Shown: positions 1-10,900 of the stretch, in pieces
How positions within the stretch are numbered: position 1 is the stretch's first letter
Layout: each line of letters opens with the position of its first letter
The notes under the pieces: generated by a model
The model's input: the letters and a program-made list of their open reading frames with translations, nothing else
Databases searched by the model: none
What the model was told of the DNA's origin: nothing
Made by a program: the position numbers and the translations under genes
Virus record (IMG/VR): IMGVR_UViG_3300025009_000056
Source: a virus
Taxonomy: Duplodnaviria; Heunggongvirae; Uroviricota; Caudoviricetes
Strand: one strand, 5' to 3'
DNA length: 64,000 nucleotides

Positions 1-1831
1 CTCTCGAAAAAGTATTGAATTCATCATCTGTAATAAAATACTCTTTCCCCTTTACCTTGATAATCGTTCCGGATGTACCCGATGCGTTTTCGAATTCCTT
101 TTGCAGTTTTCCGAGACCCATTCCGCGATAAGTCACCCTACCAGCCTCTAACTCCTCCTTGAAATCAGGAATATCCTTTATTGATGTAACGATTACTCCG
201 CCTTTTTCAAACTTCTTTTCACCAACAATGCCATCATAATCCTCCATTGTCAAAACACCTTTCGACTTAGAGATATTGATGGCATTCTCGGTTACAACAT
301 GTAAATCCATGTCTGTTTTAGCATCCTCTCTCGAATACTCGAGCATACGGATAAAAAGCGGAACATCTACTGTTACGGAATCAACTTTATCTAATCCCGA
401 ATTAGCTTTTTTTTTTAAGCAACCGCCATTTTCAAAATCATCATCAAAATATTTTTCATTTATTTTAATTCCATGTTTTTTGGCAATGTTTGGATAATGC
501 ATAAGGTCTCCCTTGTTTTCCGCAAACTCCATATATCCATCAGTAATATCAATCATTTCAGATGGTTCCATTTCCATCTCGCCACCAGACATTCCCCTGA
601 ATAAAACATCGTAAACTTTTTTATCAGATTCACCTACGTGGATATTTGAAATAACAAGACCAACGAGACTGTAGTCAGGTGCGTAAACTAAATCACCAAT
701 ATTAAATTCACCACCAACACTGCCACCATCCTCGTATGCATTTCTGAAATAAATATCCGGCTCAGATGTCACATTGTAAATATAATTTCCACATTTCACA
801 AGCAGTGCGTCTTTGCCATAATATTTTTGTTTCATTCCAATAATACTTCCGGTACGGCTAAAATTAGGAAATTCACTCAATCCATATTTATCGCAATCGG
901 AAGCAGGAATAGTTTTTACTGGATAGTTTTTACCACGCTCATAACTACCAACACTACCACCATCTTCAAACTTAATAGTTCCGGATAATTTACCCAAGAA
1001 TGTAACGACTTTCTCGATTTTAGAAGCCTCACCAGCGGTTGCCAGTTTGTCAATAGAAACCAGAATCTTTGTGATAATATTTTTCAGCTTATCAGTTGCG
1101 CTAATTACGGCCTTATTTTCAACCTCGCGGCCTTTATTATCCGTCACTTTCGGCACGTCTTTCTGAATGGTCACAAATACGTTGTCAACCTTTTCTTTCA
1201 CGATAGCTCTATCCTGACGGATTTCTTTACGCTGAATGGTTCGCTTGCCAACCTTAGCTGAGATAACATTGTAGTTCGCCTCTTCGAGAATGTTTTTCAC
1301 GTTACCCATTTCATCCGTAGGACGAACGGTTACGTTAATAGTCTTTTTATCAGCTGATTTTTTTACAACGATAACTTTCTTGGCCTCTGTTTTTTTAGGC
1401 TCCTCTTTTTTCGGTTCAACCTTTTTGACCTTTATTTCTACCTTTTTGGGTTCGGCTTTTTTCGGCTCCACCTTTTTTGGTTCAACTTTCTTGACCTTGA
1501 TTTGGACTTTTTTCGGCTCCACCTTTTTAGGCTCTTTTTTTTCCTTTTCGGCAACAGCTTTTTTACGCTCCTCAGCGGGTTTGCGTTCAACAACGGTTTT
1601 TCCAGCTACGGCAGCAGGGGATGTTTTCTCCACCAATGCATACATATGGTTAGCGATTTTCTCCTCAGCCTCCATCTGTACCTGAAGCTGCGCTAATCCA
1701 TCTTTTGATGTAATTGCGCTAAAATCTTTCGATACACGGGCTATCGCAGACTCAATATTCTTTTTTAATCCCTCATTCTTTACTTTATTCAGGTCTATCT
1801 TTTTTAAGATTGCCAGAGCTTTATTTTCCAT
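1..1831 (-). CDS. Large multidomain protein, N-terminal >610 aa (gene runs off left edge of window); Lys-rich KVEPKK tandem repeats and four [FY]E[DNK]GG motifs
   Basis: ATG = rc of 1829..1831; manual minus-strand translation MENKALAILKK... continues without stop to position 1 (frame check: rc of 2..61 reads IKVKGKEYFITDDEFNTFSR); absent from ORF track only because no stop inside window; contains IKFEDGG, YEDGG, FENGG, FEKGG. Confidence 0.55.
   Translation of the reverse strand, partial: MENKALAILKKIDLNKVKNEGLKKNIESAIARVSKDFSAITSKDGLAQLQVQMEAEEKIANHMYALVEKTSPAAVAGKTVVERKPAEERKKAVAEKEKKEPKKVEPKKVQIKVKKVEPKKVEPKKAEPKKVEIKVKKVEPKKEEPKKTEAKKVIVVKKSADKKTINVTVRPTDEMGNVKNILEEANYNVISAKVGKRTIQRKEIRQDRAIVKEKVDNVFVTIQKDVPKVTDNKGREVENKAVISATDKLKNIITKILVSIDKLATAGEASKIEKVVTFLGKLSGTIKFEDGGSVGSYERGKNYPVKTIPASDCDKYGLSEFPNFSRTGSIIGMKQKYYGKDALLVKCGNYIYNVTSEPDIYFRNAYEDGGSVGGEFNIGDLVYAPDYSLVGLVISNIHVGESDKKVYDVLFRGMSGGEMEMEPSEMIDITDGYMEFAENKGDLMHYPNIAKKHGIKINEKYFDDDFENGGCLKKKANSGLDKVDSVTVDVPLFIRMLEYSREDAKTDMDLHVVTENAINISKSKGVLTMEDYDGIVGEKKFEKGGVIVTSIKDIPDFKEELEAGRVTYRGMGLGKLQKEFENASGTSGTIIKVKGKEYFITDDEFNTFSR
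1380..1560 (-). repeat. Tandem ~30-bp coding repeats (KVEPKK/KVEIKV units) in partial giant gene
   Basis: Repeated '...ttttttcggctccacctttttnggntc' units on + strand; encodes KKVEPKKVEPKKAEPKKVEIKVKKVEPKKEEPKK. Confidence 0.6.
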
Positions 1832-1864
1832 TGTTATTTATTTTACGTTCTTATTTTTTATTTC

Positions 1865-1905
1865 AGACTACAAAGATAATGCATTGAAAATTGAAATGCA
1901 AGTGT
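1865..1905 (-). promoter_or_regulatory. Putative Bacteroidetes-type promoter (-7 box TATCTTTG) upstream of partial giant gene
   Basis: rc of 1871..1878 = TATCTTTG (TAnnTTTG), ~39 nt upstream of ATG 1831; CTTG ~20 nt further upstream. Confidence 0.4.
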
Positions 1906-1924
1906 TTTTTTAATTTATTGATTA

Positions 1925-4900
1925 TCAATCTCCCATTTCCATTTCTAACTCCAATAATTCAAGTTCCTGTTCCTGTCTTTCACGCTCCGAATTCATCAGT
2001 TCTAAAAGAGCCTTTTCCTCAGACGAAGCGCCTGTTTTGGTTTCTTTTTTAATTTCAGAAACATCCTTACGCTTACTTCTATCCGGAACATCTATCTGGT
2101 TGAACATTTCGAGCGCCAGTTCTAAATTAAAAAAATATCTTTTTAATTCCTCGCTACCTTGCTTGAGACCTCTATGTATAACATTTTTAACGCCAGCGAA
2201 CGAGAATAATTTACGCTCCAAATCCATGAGTATATCATCTGTTATAACAGAATCCTTGTGTTTGAAAAAGAAATCTGTAAAACCAGCGTTGTTAATCTGT
2301 TTTAACAGACCTCCATTATAATCCATCGTGCGTTTAAGCTCGGATAATTCCTCTAGAAATCTATCTGTGCTATTCCATATTGTCTCAATGAATTTCTGAT
2401 TGCCTTGCTTCATCGGATTAAGATGATATTCTGAAAACAAATCAGATAATTCCGTCAGCTTGTTTATAAATCTTTTACCAAGATAAGAAACATTGTTCTC
2501 CTTATCCGTTAAAACTATTTTATAATCACCATCTCTTTCAACAAATTCACCAATTGTAATAACATATTTTCCGATTGTTCCGTCACCAGCAATATAAATC
2601 AGATTGTTTTTATCACCGCCATACTCAATGTATTTTTTGGCAGCAATTAAAAAGCTGGGTATTTCCTTTTCGCTATATATGTAATTATTGCCAATAATCC
2701 AGACGGAAACATAATCCTCCTGTTTCACATGGTACTTGTCATAAACAATGTATTCAAGAGCCTCATACCCCTGTTGGTGTTCATCGAATCGGGTTATAGG
2801 AATAATATGATTGCTTTCCGTAGAAATCATAACATATCCTATTTTCGACTCCATATCTCTTACCTCAGACTCGGTTTTGCCCTCAATGTGTTGTGGTGAA
2901 AAATACTCTTTATAATTTTCAGGCCACTCATTTAAAATTTCACCACGCCAGCCTCTAATATCAGAAAAGTCACCAACGATTTTATACAGGTGTTTTATCT
3001 CATCCGGAATACTGAATTTCTGAGGATACTGCCTATCTATTTCACGTTGCATATTCTCACCTTGCTCAATAGCCATTTTCGTTATATTATCAACAGCGGT
3101 TTGCGCTTTCATTGCCGAAATATTCTTTTCCGCTTCCGCTGACTCTTTTTTCCCTTCATCAATAACATCTTTTCTCGCTTTTGATTGCAAATATTCGGTA
3201 TGCTTTCTTAATTGCTCCGGAGTCTCGATTCTTTTTTCTTTCACGTACTGTTTGCCAAGTTCCCCTATCTGACCCAAATAATGATACACCTGAATATACG
3301 CCATTTCTCTGCCGGAGTACATGGAAACGATTTTAACAATCCCGTCTTTAACATCACTCGTATTTGTCGGCGTTGGTAATTTCAGATAATCTATTACGGA
3401 TTCATCTTCTTTGAGCTGCAATGCGGAAACCACATCATCATAACGACCCGTCTCCGGATTTATCTTTTTCCAGATAAGAAATTTTATATTTTCATCTTGT
3501 TTGTATTTCTCAAACAATTCCTTTGCCTCGTTTTCTGAAAGTCCTAAAAATTCAGAGGCCGGAGTTCCATCATCATAGGTAATAAAAATACCATTTACGT
3601 TTTCATCCGCGCTCGTTTCGGTTTCCGTTATAGTTTCCGGTTCATCATCGGTTTCACGCACACCCTCTTTGTCAATAACCACAAGTCTCGCATTTGCTCC
3701 GGTTGTAGCATACAATGATTTATCTGTAAACGTACCCTCCGGTAATTTTTCAACATATGCACCCAAGCTATCAATCCACTCCCTGAATTCAACAGCTTTT
3801 CTATCACTGCCGGAGAAAATACCCTCGCCAACAATCGAAACAACTTTTCCGTTCGGCTTCAGTAATTCATATGCGTGTTTCAGGTGTTCAGCATCCATCC
3901 TGTTTGAGAACGGCGGGTTCATAATAATACGGTCGTATTTCTTTTCGTTATAATCCAAAAAGTCCGAGGCAACCAGATTGTACCCTTTTTCTTTTAATAT
4001 CTCAGCCAGCTCACCACTTATTTCGCAAACATCGGCCATAATTCCCGTTTTATCACGAATAGCATCGGCAATATTACCGTTTCCGGCACTCGGCTCAAGA
4101 AAACTCATTCCGGCTTTAACATCGGCCATATCGACCATTTTTTCAGCACCGGATTTCGGTGTCGGAAAGAAATCAAATCCCACTTTCTTACCAGCTAACT
4201 CGCGCTCCAACTGTTTTACCCTGCTGATTTTCTCTACACCACCGCGATATTGAACGAATTCACGCAATAAGGCTCTGAGCATTTCATCACTTTCCACTCC
4301 GAGAGAAACAAGCCGTTTGTGACTTTTCGCAAACTCTTTCAATCGTGATGTCTCCCAACTATCGGGAACTTTTTCAGCAAACTCCATGAAATCATCTAAC
4401 TCCTGCTTATTTTTTATCTTATAATATTCACCGCTACCTTTCAGGTATTTTTTGATTTTACCAGCAATATTTTTCAGTCCGGACTTATCCTCATTCTTAT
4501 TAACCGCATCCATCCATCTTTCTACATATACTTTAGGATAAAACAAATAATGCTCATCCACGTAATCAATAGCCTCTGGTGTTATCGGGTCGTATTTATG
4601 CTGTTCTTGCTCAGGGTAAGACTTATATTTACCCATTCTGAATTTATAAAAAGCATTGGTGACAATCTCGTTTAACTGTTCAATCTGTGCTTTCGTTCTT
4701 ACGTTATCAAGATATTTCGTTTCACCGGATTCTATCGCGTCAGCGATATTAATCATTGTTTTCGCAATAGACTTTTCAGTATTCAATTTCGATTCGGTAT
4801 TGCTTGCCATAGAAGCACGTCTGGCAGTGTTCGTCACCCTGTCTTTTGATAATTCATTATCAACGCGCTCTATTATACTTTCAGCATTCTGTCTAAGTTT

Positions 4901-7900
4901 ATCGGCTCTCTTTTCTTTTTTCTCCTCTTTTTTCTCTTGTACCTTTTCTACATTCGACACATCACCGTGTTTAACGGCAATAAATTTTTCAGCTTGCTCC
5001 CTTTCGGTAAACTGAAATCCGGCAATAGCACCCTCACGAGCATAACTCGAGTAATAACCACCAAGTTGCTTTGCGCGTTTATTCAATTCGGTGTACACAT
5101 CCTTATCAACTCGCTCCGATAACTTAACAACAAATAATGGCGTTCCCTTTTTTGTATGTTTCGTTTCGTAGATATTCATCTCCACGCCCTCAAGTTCGAC
5201 TTGCTTAACAACGGCTTTACTTTCTTCCTCGCGCTGCTGCTTTTCTTTTGTTTGTTGCGCAATCAGTTCGTCATACGCTGCCGACTGCTCCGGAGTCATA
5301 CCCTCTTTGCCTTTCACACGAATGAGTGTTTGGAAATCCTCAAGTGTTACAGGGTTTTCGATAGCTAACTTTGCTTTTTCAACATCAGCGATTCTTTTCG
5401 CGCGGGACTCTTTTATTTTTGCAGCATAATCATCCAGTGACTTTTGTGTTAATGATTCCACTTTATCTTTTACACCCTTAAACGGGTCGTCACCAAAATT
5501 CATAGTATATGAACCGAGTGCAAAGAAGTCTACGACATCAGTAACAATAGCCCTTATAGCCGCTTCTTTTTTCTCTGATTTATATCGGTACGCCATCATT
5601 CCACCAAGCAGCTTCAGTAACGCATCTTTTTTAAGCGGCTCTAATTCAGCTGTTAATTCGGACTGGCTTTCGAGTGCGCTGTAAAAAGCGGCTTTGAATT
5701 CATCTATTGTGATTTCACCATCGTATGTTCTTTTTACGATGTCCTTGTGTTTTGCTAATGTGTACTTTCCGGTCATTGGTATTTGATTTTTTTTATCCAA
5801 CTCTATCAATTCAATATTCAATACAGGATACAATCTTTGCATCTCGCTAAACTGAAAATGGTTTACCTTTTCAATGTTATCACCTACAACCAAATCAAGT
5901 CTTGATAATTTTTTTAAAGCTGGAGTTGAATTTACTCTTTTCAAAACTGCATCGTTTGGAATTATTATTTTAACAGTTTTTAGATTACTTTTTTCTAATT
6001 TATTATTTTCAGCCACCTTCTTTTCTTCTTTAATATCGTCTTTATTATCACTTTCCTCGACAAATCCATACGCAGTTGTTCTAATAACCTCTTTCACCAA
6101 ATCGCCAGATGAAATATCGTCATAATCCAACACAGTACCATCAATCGAAAGAACTCGTCCGTCAGCCCATTGGTCATAAACGTTGGTTATATTAAACCTT
6201 ACATTGCCAACGACTTTTAAGTTTTCAGAATCAATTTGCAACAACACGAATGTATCGCCAACTTTAACGTTTTCAATTTTTACAACTGGTATGTTTTCCC
6301 AGAACTCAATCTGCTTTTTTGTTCTGACAAGGTGTTGTTCCTCTTTACGAATCTCATTATTCAAACTTTCGGCTATCTGTTGTTTAAATTTATCATGCCA
6401 TATTCTCCTGTTTGTTTTTTTAAATCCGGCAAACTTAAATAAGCCGCGCTCCGTAACAAGGTAATCATCCACCTTATATCCGTAATCTTTTATCAATACC
6501 GGACTAATACCAAAACCCTGAATGATAAATTCACGAACATAGACATCCGTGTTATCAGGATTCATCATTTTCTCAATATACGACCGTTGTAATTCAACTT
6601 TTTTATTAATATCATCATCACTCATTGTTTCACTTTTTTCAGTAACGACCGTTTCAATGTTTTCGTTCAAAGCTGGAGCGGTCTGCTTATCATCAACTAT
6701 GTTTACTACATCATCTTTTACAACTGGCTCAACTTCCGACTCAACAACTACAGCGGCTTCAACAACCTCTGTTTTATCATCATCTTTAAAATCAATATAT
6801 TCATCCTGACGCTCTTTTGAAAACGCAACAAAATCACCTATCGACATACTGTTTTTAACAGACTCAAATAAAGCGTCAAACAAAACAGATATTTTTTCCA
6901 ACTCCGCACCCTGCGGGTAAGGCATTTTGTCGCCCCATTTAGCCCAATTATCCTTGTAAGAAACGAGATAATTATTAACACGTCCGGCCTTTTCGAGTTT
7001 TAATTGAATATAAGCCTCAAAAGCGCGAGCGGCAAGCTCTTGACTTCTCACCCAATATTCACTTTTAGCAACATGGTTTGAATCGTAATAATATTTTGAT
7101 GAATTATAATGCATATCCACATCAATATATTCAAGTCCAAATTTATATGCAATGTATCCAAAAAAGTTTACAGTGCTCTTACCATCAGCCATACTTCCAT
7201 TCCTATATCCACTATACTCCTTTTGTGCCACCTCTATTGCTTTTTCAGCTGTGTCAGCGTAAACTCCCTGATACTTAATGTCCGACTGAGCGTAATATCT
7301 CACCTTTTTAAAGAATCCACCATCACCCTTATTTATATAATCCATCAATGCTTTTGCGGAATTAGATACCCCCGCACTCTCATTGTATGACGTAAACACG
7401 CTGGTTATAAAACTATACGTTCCCCCATGTTGGTCTTTTTCAGCGACCATATTATCAAAATAATGGAACCATTCGTGAGCCACACTACCATCACCTCTGT
7501 TTTTCGAAAGGTTTATCGCTTTTACTGATGGGAAATATGTAGCCATGTGTCCACCAACGCCCATTGTGGCAAAGTTTATATCAAGTCCACCAAGACTATT
7601 AACCTTAGCCATATCAATGTTCAGTATTTCAGATAAATCAGTTAAAGCGCCAAGAAAATGCCTTACATGCGCTCTACTGAATTCATCATTAAGAGCTTTT
7701 CCAAAAATAACATTTTTGAAACCAAAATATTTTCGAATATTTTCTACAGAAACCTCCGGAGATTTAATACCGCCAGTTCTTTTTATGTACGCAAGCGGTA
7801 TTTTCGTGTTTATCTTTGGTGCATTCGCATCTTTATCGCCGCCTTTTCTTTCCGCTTTCTGTTCATCAGTCCACGACCAGTCATCCATGCGAATTTTATA

Positions 7901-10900
7901 TTTTTCCGGTATATTAGAACCATCCTTGATTTCAGTAATACTACTCGTAGAACTCGTTATACTGTTTGAGAACACTGACACTACCTCTTGCTTGAATTTA
8001 TCAAAAGAACCTTTAATATAAGGCGATAGCTTGTAATATAAATCCTTGTCTCTATTTTTCAACTCGTCGTATGAATTCAATTTGTTTATATCGGATATTA
8101 CCTTACTCGCTCTGTCTATATAATTATTCAAAGATGCAACACGTGTGTCAATCCAAGCATCCTGCTCCTCTTTAGTGAAGGCTGAATAACCAACTGCTTT
8201 TTTTCTATCTAAAGCAGCTGAATCAGACCTGTTTTTACAAAAGTTTTCAAATCTAACACCAAAAATACCTTTTAACTTCTCAGCCCTGCGCCAATCATCT
8301 GAAGACCAGCTGCGCTTTTTTTCCTGCTCCGACAAGTCACCTACAAACAGGTCTTTTCTATCAAGAAAACCCCTCAATGCATCATCTGTCTGTTCGTAAG
8401 AGTAACAATTATTAAGCACCTCTATCAACTTTTCAATTCCATTCACGTACACCTTTCTCGCATCAGCGCTATCAAATGGTCTCGCCGCCATTGCATCCCT
8501 ACATTTCACCTTCAGATAAGTTGCTCCGGATGAATAGCCTTTTTCCTTTTCGTCGGCGGGTACATATTCCTGCCACACTCTCGATTTTTCAACCATCTTA
8601 TAAGCTATCACACTATCCTCTTCCACCTCGTCGAGATTCTGTGATGACACAAGATTATAATTAACTTTATATTTCTTCGTGTATTTTACAATTTCTGTAT
8701 CCTTAAATTCTTTGCTTTCCTGAGATTTTATAAGACGCTGTTTTACCACCTCTCCTATCTTTTCCCGACCACCATCAACACCACCGCCGTCCTCAAATCT
8801 AATATCCGGATTATTCGGGTCAAAGTCACCATTGTTTTCAGTTGCGGACTTTATTTGGCTTGGTAAAAAAACGACAATTTCATCTCCATCCAATGATTGC
8901 ACTATTGCATCATGCCCTTTATTTTTAATAGCGTCGGTAATAGATTCGTACCTCGTCATATATCCCTCCGCATGATAATTCGCTTTAATACCCTCGTATT
9001 TTTCTATTGCCTCAATAATTGCATACAACTTAGCCTCGTTTTCAGGCAAACTCACATGCCATCTACCAAAATCATCAGTATCATCCCACTCGTGTATTTT
9101 TCCCTCACTATCTGTAAATGAAGCCTTTTTTGTTTTTGATTTCGCATAAGCAAATAAAATACTTGGCTTACCGCCATCGTAAGCGGTTTCAATAATAACG
9201 TCTTCATCATATTTTTTAAACAACTCCGGAAGTACACTTATGCCAACATAAGATATTTCGTATGAGTTATCAACTCTATTGTACTTACCTCGCTTCTCTA
9301 AAACTATCTCATTTGATATTTCCGGAAATTTATCAGCAATATTTTTCAGGAACACTACTGGCTCGTGATACATTGAAAATGTTCTAATTCCATTATATTC
9401 CGAAAGCGAACTCATGTCAAATGGGTTGTCGGTTTTCACATAAGCACTAATTATCCTATTTCCATAATAACCAGCCTCACCCCTTGCCGCCGATTGCCAA
9501 CTTGGGTCTGAGTTGAATGTAAAATAAAACCCTCTTCCGTAAAAGCCTCTATCATTAGCACTACCTATTTCGCTCGCACTAAACTGATGAAAATCACTAT
9601 TGGTTCCATGATAAACTACTATTGGGCGTAACTGCGCATCTATCATTTTACTATCACCAAACCATCGCCAGAAATTTTCAATCCCCGCAATTGTTTCATG
9701 AATTAATTTCCCAAGATTATTACGTGTCGGTCTTTCAACGCCATCAACCATAATAGTTTCCGGAATAACAGCGCCACCATCCTCAAACTGACTTTCTGCA
9801 TTCTGCATTTTTGACAATTCGGCAATCTTTTTCTCCTGTCTTTCTATCCTTTTCTTTAAATCATATGTTGAAGCAGCATAAGTTCTATCAAACCCAAGCT
9901 CTTTTAACCTATTCCGCATCCACGAACTATAAACACACTCCTTTCGTTCCTCGCTTATTTCTAAAACAGGCTCCATTTGCCTATTTTCATAATTAAACTC
10001 TTCTGATTCTTGCAAACACCACGCATCGCCCATTTTCCAAGTAATACGCCCTATATGTTCATCATCACCTCTTTCAATTTCCGGCTTTGGCATTTTATCA
10101 ACCAACGCTTTCGCCTCATCGAGTTTTCTATTTTCTTCCTCAATAATACTCAGTTGTAATTTTTGTTTAGCTAATGTTTTCAGCGCGGTAACGAGATTTG
10201 GGAAACTCTTCATCTGCTTTTTATCCAGATACCCTAATAAAACAGGAACAGACTCAGAGCTTGCGGTAATAATTTCACCATCTGCTTTTCTGATGTAAAA
10301 CTTATGCACAATCTGCCGTCCGGTTTCATCGCTTAATTCAGCATTACTCCAATCAGATTTTCTATAAGGAACCAATTCACCCTCCCAGTTGGGTCTCTCA
10401 TCCCACTCATAAGACCACAAGTAAGAAGTAAGCTGATTTCCATTTCGACCAATAATAGGCGGCTCGAATACTGTTTCCGAATAAGGCTTAAACCTACTAC
10501 TCGAACCAACAACCTTACTGAATTTCGCTGGCTTCAGTTCTCCACCATCCTCAAATTCAGGAATATCAACACTCAAATCATCGAGAACAATATCGTTAAT
10601 AATATCGAAATTGAATTCAGTGAATAAATCATCCTCCTGCATAAAATACGATTGCACACCTTTATCAACAGAACTCAATTCGTATGAGTATGACTTTATA
10701 ATTCCATCCACCCACTCAAAAACAAACCTTTTAAGCGTAACCGTATACAATTTACTATTGAAATCAAACAATACCGTTCGCGGGTCATTTTCCGGAAGCG
10801 TTATATCAAAATCGCTTATCATGAAAATGTTTTTCACATGCTCGACAACCTCTCTACGGAAATAATCTATTACAATATCCTCCGGAGTTGGTGCATCCGA

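Noticed and set aside
1290-1685. Plus-strand ORFs (276..497, 1290..1685, 1502..1696) with Phe/Leu-rich low-complexity translations
   Set aside because: They are antisense to the partial giant minus-strand gene and to its KVEPKK tandem repeat region. The composition is the mirror image of the Lys/Glu-rich coding strand, so these are not genes.
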